Shown piece after piece: positions 21,978-33,907 of a stretch of DNA of 33,907 nucleotides. The stretch is taken from assembly GCA_032718475.1 (NCBI GenBank), contig JAUCBJ010001836.1, forward strand, positions 1 to 33,907, given 5' to 3'. Below the pieces are notes generated by a model. It worked only from the letters and a program-made list of their open reading frames with translations. It searched no databases and was not told where the DNA came from. Origin of the DNA: Nemertoderma westbladi. Its lineage: Eukaryota > Animalia > Xenacoelomorpha. Each line of letters opens with the position of its first letter. The stretch's first letter is position 1. The position numbers and the translations under genes are program-made.

Positions 21978-23038
21978 TCTTGGAGATTTTATTCGGTCTA
22001 TTTGGCTGCCGTTCAACCTATTATTTATAATAATATCTATCATCAGCAATATGTTTGATTGCGGTATGACCACGACGATTTCAATTTCCGTGTTTAGTTT
22101 CCGGGTGTGTTGTGAAATCACGCCTTTACCCTCATTGTGCTGTGCTGGTAAAGGAACGGTTCCCATTACATTATATAGTTATAATGCGACATGGTCTTAT
22201 AGTAGAGTCACAAAACAACTCACTGCCGACGTCGTATACCAACGACGTAAATGAATGTTATACAATTTAAATTATATTACTCGAGTCACAGGAGCAATGC
22301 AAATATAACGTAGGAATTGTAGGAGTTTGATATGTATAGCGATTGGAGCCCTTCTTTAATCGAATGCGCTTTGAGCAACCTCGAATAAATGATATGATAT
22401 TCATTGGTATTGGGTTTCTGTATTGTCAGAAATATGATGTTTTGTTTAGTGTTGGGCGTTTTTCTCTAGCGTCAATCACCATTATTACTGTCTGGTTTTG
22501 TTATGTCTGTCAATTAATTATTTTATTTTGTCCTACTGTATGATAAAAGACTAACATTAATTACTTATTGCCATTATTTGGTGTGTTTTATCAATAAATA
22601 CAGCCGCAAACTCATGTTACACGCAAGGATGGCCTGTCACACGGTATATATAGTGAAGTTATGCACTGCTGTTATGTTCTATTTGCATGCACTTTACTCC
22701 CATTTTACTTCAGTTCTCACTATATTTGTGTTTCTGTGCATAATATAAATATCTCCGATAATCACATATGTAGACTTCAGAAACTTATAGGACTCAGTTT
22801 CAATTCTTAAATGATCTGATCTCACCACTTAATTAATCCCCAAACTTCACCTACAACTCGGAGTTAACATATTTATTTACCTCGTGTCTACAATGTAACT
22901 AGCTGTTACAGTAGCAATAACGTATACGTATAATACTCGCGATATTATGTTTATAAAGTAGTGACCGCGGCAGTACGGAGTACGAGCCAATTTAGGACCA
23001 TTTACATACAACAATATGAAATTGGTATATTATATTCA

Positions 23039-23221
23039 GGCCCATGTGAAGTATATCAGAATTTCTGATGTTATTTGTGCACTTTTCAGTTTACCCCCAT
23101 GTGAAGAATACAAGTTTTCAGTAATAACCCAGGTTACAGAAGGGCCGAATCTAACCAAAACAATAAACGAATTAGTTTCTGTACAAATTACAAGAGGGAA
23201 ATAAGGGCTAAAAACACTTAA
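23039..23221 (+). repeat. Dispersed repeat, copy 1 (probable DNA transposon end)
   Basis: Aligns with 29029-29212; shared ACCCCCATGTGAAGAATAC and CAGGTTACAGAAGGGC.GAATCTAACCAAAACAATAAACGAA. Confidence 0.8.
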
Positions 23222-25023
23222 GTGGAAATATTAAATTTAAAATAATACAAATTCTTCATAATATTAAATTTCAATAAAATGTCGACTGAAATTATAAATG
23301 CGAAATCCCGGTATTCTTAACATATTATTTAGTAGTAGTACATATTATTCTCCCATACGTTCCGGTTCGTACGTCAGGTATTCATGAAATTAACTCCCAG
23401 GTGACGTTTTTAGTTATCTACATTTATGCTTTCAAGGGACGTACTAAATATATCACAACAGTACTGCAGTACAGCAATACTGTAGTACAGTTACCGGTAA
23501 CAACTACAAAATTCAAATTTCCCGCTGTCTAATACTAATGCAGTAATTGTTTACCCTAATAATAGAGCTCGCATTGCACAAATATCATCTCAAAACCCGA
23601 TTTTCTGTATGACCCGTCGCCGTCGTCGTGTCTATATCTAACGCTTGTCCAAATTTCGTTTCAATTGATTCTGAAATAACGGAGATATCGCTCTGGACAC
23701 ACACACACACACACACACACAAACAAACACAGTACGGTAATAACGGTCACTTATGTCAATAGGACCGCGAACCAATTAACTGTGTCCCTGTACTCACCAA
23801 CGGGATATATAATAATTTAAAGCCAATGTTACACCCTTTTTAATTAAACAGGTGAGGAAATATCAAAATCAATATTATAGTTTTGTTTGGGTGTGTTCGT
23901 TTGACTAATGCTAGAGTTGTTATCTTGTCATTATTGAGGATAGTGTTGTCTTTTCCACTTAGAACGGTTATCTTTCGTTGCCCAAGTCATTACTGACTGG
24001 TTGGGTGAGTCCTGTTGACAGTATAGAAATATATAAATCCGTGCTGAGTTATTATTATTATTAAAACTAACTCCACCATTGATAGGTTAACCGGCATACC
24101 AGCAGTATTCAAACTGGTTGGACTATGTGACGAACAAACATCAAAACCAACTCTCTCCTTCCTTTCTCGTCCTTCTGCTCAATCATACTTACTTTCATTA
24201 TTTTCATGATGTGCTGTTTTCTGATTGGCTGTCTGCTGTACTTTCCCCTGTCTCAGCTTTGCACAGATCACTTTATCTTACTAAGTTCTTCTGTCTTTGC
24301 TGATAACTCTTGGATGTATTATTAATACAGTGCCATTTATTTATTCTGTTGTTTTCGTTAACTTGTATTTGTTTAATTAATTAATTTAATTTCATATATA
24401 TCATTGATGAATTGATAAATATTAAAATATCCACCAGGCAGCTAACTAATTTTATTTACGTATACTGTTAATTTAATGTTGCACTGCCCTTTAACCTTTG
24501 TAATTGTAACTAGTTAACTATTAGTTGAATTGTGTTTGTCTTTATAACAAGTCTTGATGTTTGTCTTTCAATTTCGCAAAAACAAAAATTTATCTTAGTT
24601 GCGTCTTTAATTAAATAAATTGATAATTTATTATTTAAAAGTTATTAAAAATATTCGGGATTTACTAAAGATATACTTTTCCGTACATATTTTTAGACTA
24701 CTTTAATTTACATTGCCTTGTTACATTTTAAAAGACTTTGTGCCAATACTTATTATGTGAGGAAGTGCCATTTATAAACTTGTTAATTTAGTTTTCATTG
24801 CTTGTTTTGCTAATCTGTTGTGCTACTCTGCTACGTGCTAAATGCTCTACAACTCGGCCAATATTATTATATGATGCAGCACGCTTTATTTAGTGATATG
24901 GTGAGTCATCGCATAATTAAAATAAATAGTATAATACTTGAGACGATTTTAAATAATAAGTCATTCTGGGGCAAAATAGTAGAGTTAGATAAAAATATAT
25001 TATTATATATTCTAATATATAAT

Positions 25024-25200
25024 CTTGGGTTGAACGAAATGTATAGACAGACCAATATCAAGCAATTAAAATAAAAATGTTTACAAAAACATTTTTATGT
25101 TTTTTTTTAATGTTTTTCAATTAAAATAAAAATGTTTACATAAACATGTTTATTTTAATGTCTTGATATTGGTCTGTCAATATATATCGTTCAACCCAAG
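25024..25200. repeat. ~180-bp palindrome (MITE-like)
   Basis: CTTGGGTTGAACGA...GACAGACCAATATCAAG versus CTTGATATTGGTCTGTC...TCGTTCAACCCAAG. Confidence 0.8.
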
Positions 25201-25423
25201 TTAAAGAGACCGGATAATGCTAAACATTATTGTTTAAAATGCGTAATAAGTGTCAGTTACACTTACATAAATACTCCCTATATTACTCGTTGAACTCACT
25301 AGATTGAAGATCAAAAATAAATCAATAAATATACAGGTAGACCACAAACAAGGCCTAAAATTTGCTAAATAATTTTACAGTATAAGGTAATGAAATCATT
25401 TTTACACCTAATAGCTAGACATA

Positions 25424-25681
25424 AAATAAACAGCCAAGAGAGAGGATCCATCTGGCTTCTTCCGCTAAATAAACAGCCAAGAGAGAGGATCCATTTGGTT
25501 TCTTCCGCAAAATAAACAGCCAAGAGAGAGGATCTATCTGGCTTCTTCCGCTAAATAAACAGCCAAGAGAGAGGATCCATTTGGTTTCTTCCGCAAAATA
25601 AACAGCCACGAGAGAGGATCCATCTGGTTTCTTCCGCTAAATAAACAGCCTAGAGAGAGGATCCATCTGGTTTCTTCCGCT
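25424..25681. repeat. 43-bp minisatellite, 6 units
   Basis: Unit AAATAAACAGCCAAGAGAGAGGATCCATCTGG(C/T)TTCTTCCGC(T/A). Confidence 0.92.
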
Positions 25682-27697
25682 GTATAATGTTTTACGATCA
25701 TGCTTTGCCTCAACTAACTGTTTTGCGGCTCAATTTCAAATCAGTGCAAATAATTCTGTATAAATTCCCACTTTTGTGTCCAATCCATAGGCAAGACGCT
25801 TTCGATGTTAGTTCATACCAAACCCGGCGGTACAATAACTTCTGCTGGGAGTGTAAGGAATGGGTTGGATATTTGAGTATCCTTCCTTGGGAGTGTGTGT
25901 GGGGCCCTCTCTGCTATACAGGTAACAGCCAAGAGAGAGAGGAGGGCATTCGGGTTGCCTCCCACTGTTTGTAGTTTAGGTTCCCCATCACTTTACTTTA
26001 ATATTATCAGATCTGTAGATGCGGCCTCTTCCTGCCTATATTGCCTGATTTTTCTATTGAAATATAAACTGGTAATGTGGCAGTCAAACCTTCATGAAAT
26101 ATATTACTAGCAGCTAACCCGAAAATGTATTAATTTATTACAAAAAAAAATGTTTGAAAGCCGTTTGTATCAAGTTACTGTACTAGCACGTTTATAGGAT
26201 ATCACCTACGAATGTGTCTGGCAATGTTTCATTGAGGCCGAAATAATATCCGGTCTTAGGAGATTCGAAAACAATTTATTTAACAGAATTTTCCGCTTTA
26301 AACTTTGCGTTAATGCTCCCTATACTGTGCTTACAGGCTCGCCGCGCACTGATTAGTATGCAAATAGCAAAACTCTATAAAAACACGGCCAATTCGTGCC
26401 TAAGTAACACGATGAAATTGATTGCGTGGTTGTGTTGCGGCGAATAGTAACATTTACTTAGCCGCTTCCTATATTGATTCACCTTGTTCATATGAATGAC
26501 CCCGGGTCAGGTATACAACCCCATAAACATGCATTATTCCCGGATGCGTTTGTTCCACAGAGTGGGTGGGGGTACCTCACGCGTTACTTCCCTACCCGAC
26601 GGTACGGTAAGCAGGCGAGGGCAGCCATCCACTGCAGCCTTGTCGCTCTCTCTTACTAGCTGTTGGTTTCTGTTAGGCCTAACTGCAAATAATCCTGAAT
26701 GCTGGCCTGCCTTCTTGTGCAACAAGCGGCTGTCTCCCCCCAATAATAAGAGCAATGCACATTGAATATGTAAGTAATGGTTGGTAGGCTTAATTATACT
26801 TCATGGGTTATGGTATAACGATGGTAATTTATAACTGTAGCAATAACCATGGCTGACTGTGACACTACAATATATACTATATATACAGCGTTGCTAGGGC
26901 TGTTTGAGTACCAACTGTTACCCAGCCACCAAGGCACATATACTATACAGACACACACACACACAATTAGATTTTAATCGGGCTGTACTAACTAACCGTG
27001 GTTCGGTTATAGTATTGCTAACTAATACCAGCTGTTATAAATAACCACAAGATCATTTACTAAATTAAGAAATTGTTGTAAATAGGTTGTAATCTTTCTT
27101 TAGTAGTAGTATTTGCCAATTGTGTTGGTGTGGTGATGATATCATTCTACGGAATCTTCCATTTCTCCTTGGTTACCAAGCTTGCGCCTGTGTTGCATTA
27201 TGGACTTGGAACACGGTATGATTCCCTGTTATGCTGTCACACGTCTGGCTGCCTTTACCACATTCCATCATTGTCTGCTATTCAATCCTGAATCGCTGAA
27301 TCTTGACTCTTTAACAAGAATGCTTCCAGGTATTAGGTTATACTGTAGTGTAGGAGTTTTAGTGTATTTCTATTCATCAAATTAACGTGTTACTGAAAAA
27401 ATAACACAACGGGAATTAGTAGGAAATATAATTTCCACATTTCCATTTTCCAAGTAACTGATGGTTGCAATTACATACAATTATCGCTTTTTAAAAGCCG
27501 CCCAAGCATTGTGATGTGCTGCTGCCAGTCTATAGATCACAACTTGAGAACCTACTGTAAAAAATATTATATATCTTTAAAAACAAGTTCATTTATTATT
27601 TATTACGTAGGCGGGTCGTCTCCAGCCGATCGATTCTTTTCTTGCTTTGTTTTTACTAACATAGCTCTCTGCGGTAGGGACCAGATAGCAATAAAAT

Positions 27698-27903
27698 AAT
27701 TCATCCTTCTCCTGGGGAAATTCGACGCAAATAACAGATGATTACTCTCAAAAATATAACTGTAACCTGTTCTATTGTGTTTAGTTTATTGTTTTGGTTA
27801 AAATAACGTGCCACTGTAACCTGCTCCTTTCCCTAAATTGAGAATTTCACATTGAGTCGGGATATTAATTTGCCAAGGCGGGTTTTGCGTCCAGTCCCCC
27901 CCC
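27698..27903 (+). repeat. Dispersed repeat, copy 1 (second copy 33445-33650)
   Basis: Shared GATTACTCTCAAAAATA..ATTGTGTTTAGTTTATTGTTTTGGTTAA..TAACGTGCCACTGTAA.CTGCTCCTTTCC..GCGGGTTTTGC, ending in a C run. Confidence 0.8.
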
Positions 27904-29028
27904 TCCTGTGGCGCACTGAAGGCATTATTGGGGACTCGAGTGTGAGTCCCAATCGCACAGAGCCTCAGCCTCCATCACAAAATGGGTGAATCTCGTGCCA
28001 GAACAACTGCGTCACTATTAATACAAGTGCGCAGTCTGAAGTGCGCTGTGTACAGCTGTGGTGGTAGGTAGCCTTGGATATTGTTTCGGGTTGGTGGGAG
28101 TTGATAAAGTTGAGGTTCCGTGCAATGGGCAGCGCAATGCCCAGTTCTGGAGGTATACGTCTCCGTGGAGACTGGCTTGGGGTGGGGGACAATTCCCTGC
28201 GTGGGCCTAGGCCGAATCCGAACAGTATGATAACTAATTTAAAGTTATCAAGTTAATTCAGTTTGTATTTCCTTTGTCCATTTTACGGTTGTTCTAATGC
28301 CGATCACGGAATACCTTTACACTTGCCCAGATTGGGGTTGAGATAATGGTTACTGCGCCTTGTAGTTTGTGAATACCTGCTTCCTGGAACGTCACACTGT
28401 GTTCAGTAATGCCACTGAGCCTATTTCCTTCCCCCTACCCAATGTCACATGTTCCTTGAGGTGTGACGAACCAATGCAGAGCCTCTCAGACAATCTCTCC
28501 CGCAATCCCCCTTTTGCATTTAAGTGACTGACGGCAGGGGCCTACTGGCTAGCCAATTATCATATTTAAGAAGATGGATGGAGGTGTGTTTCTCTGTGAG
28601 TTTCAGCCAATAGGACTGTGGTTTTTGGTATTACTCAGCTCCACTCGATGGTTATGGATATGAGTAATGCCTGTTTCATGTCTGACATTAGTATGTTTAA
28701 TTGGAAATTGTTTAGACTTTTTTTGTCACGCGCTACTAAAGTATTAAATTGTTTTCCAATTTACGTGTTGTATATAATAATTAAACATTACTACTTATTC
28801 TAAGATTTTTTAAATAATATTACGCCCTAAAGGCATTTTTATTTTTATATTACTTAGTATTGCTGTATTAGGGAATATATTTGCGTTACTATTTAAATTG
28901 TTTTTTTTTTTGTTATGACGGAAATATTGAACAGATGTATCTCTAAGTATTCTGGAAAGCAATTTTACATGCAGGTATAAAATATCAGAAAAAATATTAA
29001 CTGTTAGTATGTAAGTAAAAAATATATG

Positions 29029-29212
29029 GGCCCATGCGAAGAATACCAGACTTTCTGCCGTTATTTTTTCACTTTGCAGTTACCCCCATGTGAAGAATAC
29101 CAGGTTTTCACCAAAAACACAGGTTACAGAAGGGCTGAATCTAACCAAAACAATAAACGAAGTAGTGTATGTACAGGTTATAAGACAGAAATAAGAGCTA
29201 TAAAACACTTAA
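29029..29212 (+). repeat. Dispersed repeat, copy 2
   Basis: Aligns with 23039-23221. Confidence 0.8.
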
Positions 29213-29878
29213 TAAAAAAAAAGCCATTGAAAAGCCAAAAATGGCCATTTGTTAGACTTGTTACCGGTACACCAGCTACAGGTTGACGACAACATATTAC
29301 TTTCGTTTTCCAGACTTTCTCTATACTGTATCCGGCGTATTAGTAGGCCCGCATGGCAAACCTTATGGTACTATATAGTACTTTATAAAAATACAGAAGT
29401 TATCTTCTCTATTTAATCTCGCTGTCACAGGTCAGATATTAAATTGCTGGATTATATGACTTTCAGAAGTAAATAGTATCCTTCACGGATTCCGTGCAAA
29501 CACTCAACAAAACTAAGTTTAATAATTTTATTAACATACGCCGGTATTTAATTAAAATGTATTTAGGGTCAAATTTGTATTCAGTCAAATATGTTTAATT
29601 TCGGCGTTATGCTATGATGTCACACTAATAATAGCAGAATGAATGGTAATTCTCAATCTAGCTCTATTTCTTATGAGCCTCAATGTGGGGTTTTAATACG
29701 CTTGATTTATTCAGCAGTGACTTACCACTAGCCTTCGGGCTACTCTGTATTTCTGTAAGTAGGTTTTGTAGTTTTTTTAATTTGCATAAGTTCCTAGAAT
29801 TCGTAGCCCAAGTAAAGTAATTTATACATAACGAATACTAAGCACGAAATATACACCAAATTATTATTTTAATGATGC

Positions 29879-29940
29879 ACTACTACTAATACACTACTAC
29901 ACTACTACTACTAATACACTACTACTACTACTACTACTAC
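29879..29940. repeat. (ACT)n-type microsatellite
   Basis: actactactaatacactactac...actactactac. Confidence 0.85.
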
Positions 29941-30027
29941 AATCGGCGTGCTGCACTGCATCTGCATTATATTATAGATATTACATTTATATATATAAAT
30001 TGGCCCCGCCACAACTCCATTTTTTTG

Positions 30028-30146
30028 CAGCATTCTTGTGAAAGTGCCATCCAGAGATTTGGTATCTTTTGCAGTTAGAGCCCAGCATGGACTCCCATAT
30101 AAGAGTACTGGTACTACTGCTGCCCTAAATAATCGAACCTTAAGGT
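30028..30146 (-). mobile_element. Short, more diverged fragment of the same RTE family
   Basis: Reverse complement aligns to 7985-8102 (LKVRLFRAAVVPVLLYGSPCWALTAKDTKSLDGTFTRML). Confidence 0.85.
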
Positions 30147-31224
30147 TCCGTTTTATTCATTGGGACATACCCGGGTAGGAGGCTTTGTTACTAATTTCCT
30201 TTACTAATAAATAAGGTCATTGTCTTATAAGTTTACAATATATTTGGATACACAACAGTCCCTGGAACAACTCACCAATATTGCATGCAATATTTTATTT
30301 ATTTTTTATTTTAATACAATTATAACTTTTAACCTATCTTTTAACTCAAATTTTGGTAATAAATATGATATCCAATCAAACCCAAACCTACAGCAGTCAA
30401 TCATTCTATAATTAATGTATCTAATATAGGAGGGTATGGTACGTAAATTTATTACATATACAATTAGTTTGAATACATTAAATTTTATACAGGTAATAAT
30501 ACTAAGATACGTTTCAAAATATTATTTCGAAGTGTAAATATGGTTTTTTATTTTCGAGATGTTTTCCTAAAACCCCTGGTCAGGGTTTGGCCGGATACCA
30601 AAATTTCATCAGGCCCAAGTTTCAGTGATTACAACTTGATCTTGCACCATCTTTATAAGATTCCTACAACAGGACATATACTAACAAACAAAGGTGCAAT
30701 AGCAGGTGCATAATGATTCCAGGTGTACAGCATACACAGCCGCACCTATAAATAAATAAAAGCTAATTTAGAATAGTTACTAGTAAGGAAATTGTCAACT
30801 TCCCCTCCTATTATCCTTGGTACAATAGGAATGCCAATCGAATTGATGTTGTCCAACAATGAATGGTACATAGGTAACAGGCCAGATTAGAACTTAAGAG
30901 TTGACATTAACTTTGGAGTTGCATACATTTTTAAGCTAAATTTATTCATCATTAAAATGATTAAATATAAGGACAAGGTCAAGTCACTCCCCAGTGTATA
31001 TATTTGCGTCTACTTCCAAGCATACCGGTATAATTAATTTTAATTGTGTGTTGGTTTCTTTATATGGACTTAGTGTCGTAATCATAAATCTTACCAATAT
31101 GTATGGTAAACACTTCGTATGCACCAACAACTTGGTGTATGGGCGAGGCAATAAATGCAAAATGAGGGCTAATCAATAACTATGGCGTGGTATTTTATAA
31201 AATAAAGTAAAGTTTATAAGTAAG

Positions 31225-31463
31225 CGAGAATGGCGGGGTAGCTCAGTTGGTTGAGCGCCAGCCCTGCAATCTATTGGTTGTAGGTTCAGCCCCGCCAGGG
31301 TCCACTCAGCCTTTCATCCACTGGTGTCGATAAAATGAGTACCAGTTCAATAACTGGGAGCAAATCTTGGGATAGGAGTAGCGCCCATTCCTACCCTCGG
31401 GTAGCAGCTATCGAAAGAGCCTTCGGGTCGCCTCCGGCTTCGGCCGACTGTTTGCTTGCTTGA
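31225..31463 (+). mobile_element. Full-length tRNA-derived SINE with 10-bp TSD
   Basis: A box TAGCTCAGTTGG; B-box-like GGTTCAGCCC; central CTCAGCCTTTCATCC..GTCGATAAAATGAGTACCAG, which from memory resembles the conserved Meta/MESC-type SINE core; (TTGC)n tail; TATAAGTAAG at 31215-31224 and 31464-31473. Confidence 0.88.
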
Positions 31464-31674
31464 TATAAGTAAGTACGCAGTATGCACCACAACAAAAATT
31501 ACTGGCTGATAATAATACAGTAATAATCCATTAATACAAAGTTTACAATGCTGTTACTGAAGACACGGTTGAGCAACAGTTTGTGTACATTGAAACAATA
31601 AACAAAGTTAGATGGTCGACATTACAGCATTACAGGAGGGTAACTGACGATTCGATGTATTTTTATGTCCATAG

Positions 31675-31867
31675 ATCGCTACAAGTAAAGCTTTATGGGA
31701 ACGAACGGAGGATATGTTAAAGGAGAAGAGAATATCTGAGATAAGAGGGATAAACAACAATACCATTACTAATAACAACAATAACAACAACACCTTCAAC
31801 AATGACCAATGGGATACTACTAGTACCGAGTCTGAACAAAACCATTGCAACACATCTTGGAATCAAG
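31675..31867 (+). CDS. Candidate internal exon C: IATSKALWERTEDMLKEKRISEIRGINNN...SWNQ
   Basis: Branch-like TAACTGAC, acceptor TTTTTATGTCCATAG, 64 open codons, consensus donor AAG|GTAAGC; starts in phase 0. Confidence 0.65.
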
Positions 31868-33444
31868 GTAAGCAAACAAAATCAACGTAAATAACAGGTA
31901 AACAAACATATTGTAAATAACAATTGATAATTTTGACAATTTTACATCAAATCATTTCAATCTTGTTTTATCACTGATACTTTTATCCCGATAAGGAGAG
32001 CGGAAACGCGAATCTCAAAACATTAGATTAGAATATTTCCAATGAGGGGGTCCGGTTTAAATTATAAATTACTACATTTTTATCACGAATGCATTAATGC
32101 ATTGGGGAAAAAATGCTGTCAATCACTCGTGATATATATATATATGTCTGATATTGTAATTATCTTACCCTACCGGTTTTATAGTATAACCATTCACATC
32201 ACATGTAGCCGCAGTACAATGTTATTTCTTGTTGCCGAGTCACTAATAATATATTTTGTCGATTTAATATTGATATTTTGTAGGCTAGATATAGAAATTG
32301 ATTCAAAATTGATTTGAACCTGAGGTTTTCTATAAAAATTAATAAAAATTTATCATTGTGGTTTAGTTAGTGGTTGGTCATGCTTCACTGCTTGAGCGAA
32401 TTACTATTAACAAATTATTTGAAGTTTCATATTAATAAATTTCAAGTTATTTTGCTAGCACTGCATTGTTTCTAGTTGTATTCCCAGGCACAGGGACAGG
32501 GAGTCATTATTGCCGGGGTTGGTAGACAAAATTTGACGTAGAACTATAATAATGTTGTAGTGATACCATATGTTACCCCATGGCCATGTGGCCCAGCATC
32601 AGCAATTATTAATATCAAATTAATCTTTGTTCCTTTGGGCTAATAATATGCCTGGGTTTCACATCATTCACTGGTGCATGGCGCAGCTGTAATCGCAGAG
32701 AAGGCAGATTTTAATCACAAGAACTACATTCTGTATCTTTGATGATGAAAGCCTGTAAGTGGAAGCTGGACCGGAACGTATACCGGTAGGGAATAGGTAT
32801 GTACCGGTACCGGTATACTAACCGAATGGTCACACACAGTACCTACACCCCCAGCCTACACTCTGTTGTTTGGAATATTTTTCAATTACATCCGGTTTAG
32901 GAAGAAGCCTCTTAAACAAAACCAACCTTATTAGTGTATAGTTAGGATGTGGGGGGGGGGGGGGGGGGGGGGGGGGTTGTGGGGGATTCTAGTATTCCCA
33001 ATCAGGATCAGATCAGATAGATGATTACAACTGCCCTGCGCCTTTAGGTTACTCCAGCACTCTCGAGTGGTTCTCCACCTATCCCCATTTTTCTCATTAA
33101 ACCATGGTTAATGATGCCCAAGAACGTTGTGTGTAGCCTCGCACTACTGGTACCACCATGGGTGTAAGTTACTGCTGTATATGGGTGAGTTAGCTATACT
33201 GAGTGTGTTGGTGCTTGCTACTGTTGTGACTTCTATTATGTTTCCTGTAATTCGATCTGTTTTGTGCCCAAATGTACGTATTTGTTTAACTCAATATCAT
33301 ATATTCTTTGTTGAATCCTTGACATTATAATTATTTGAGGCTCAACCCGGAACCTGCATACATATTGCGGATCTTCACCCCTAGTCAACAATTAACCACA
33401 CTTCTGTAATTCTACCAGTTACGGGGGACTTTAGACGCAAACAA

Positions 33445-33650
33445 AATTCATCCCTCTCGAGGGGAAATTGGACTCAAATAATAGCTGATTACTCTCAAAA
33501 ATAAAACTGTATCCTGTTATATTGTGTTTAGTTTATTGTTTTGGTTAACTAACGTGCCACTGTAAACTGCTCCTTTCCATAAAATAAGAATTTAATATTG
33601 AGGCGGGATATTATTCGCCAATGCGGGTTTTGCATCAAAGCCCCCCCCCC
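33445..33650 (+). repeat. Dispersed repeat, copy 2
   Basis: Aligns with 27698-27903. Confidence 0.8.
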
Positions 33651-33907
33651 CACCCCCCCCCCCTTTCTCGACTTTTTCCTTGACTTCCTCCTTCCTACTT
33701 TGTCCCAGATGTCGGAAAGATGTGCATTATAAACAATAAATCGATTGTTTAGAGCGAACTGTGTGTAATTAACCTGCTATTCTGTTATATACCCTCTGAG
33801 ATTCCCATATCTCAGCCTACATGTGCGGATGTGCCAGTGGAAAGAGGACGAGTAAATGCCACAATTAATATTCAGCTCATCTCAACCTCTTCAATCGTTG
33901 TCGGTTG

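Noticed and set aside
26676-26769. Possible exon bounded by TTAG and GTAAGT
   Set aside because: All three frames contain stops
31232-31300. tRNA gene
   Set aside because: Incomplete cloverleaf and degenerate B box; continues into a SINE body with tail and TSD
2111-33663. Long G or C homopolymers (~2111, 14134, 19076, 32951, 33641) as functional G-quadruplexes
   Set aside because: No supporting context; such runs are common in invertebrate repeats and their length is error-prone

Overview
AT-rich eukaryotic DNA, most likely an invertebrate metazoan, and mostly intronic and repeat-derived. No prokaryotic genes or CRISPR array are present. (1) Two nearly identical U5 snRNA genes are arranged divergently as the arms of a ~1 kb imperfect palindrome (3189-4198). 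(2) A near full-length but broken RTE-clade non-LTR retrotransposon (~4620-8460) is accompanied by three more fragments, a CRE-like RT fragment and an L2-like 3' end. (3) There is an intact tRNA-derived SINE with a target-site duplication (TSD; 31225-31463), and a truncated copy whose tail has been amplified into a 3.4 kb, 36-bp minisatellite. (4) Three phase-compatible candidate exons of an unidentified + strand host gene lie at 10212-10509, 14409-14489 and 31675-31867; the 3' end and splice donor of the middle exon have been tandemly amplified about 80 times (14465-17456). (5) The rest includes a Helitron/HINE-like element with 315-bp internal repeats, MITE-like palindromes, other minisatellites, and a strong excess of the palindromic words TACCGGTA and TAGGCCTA. 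All calls come from reading the sequence by eye; nothing was searched against databases.
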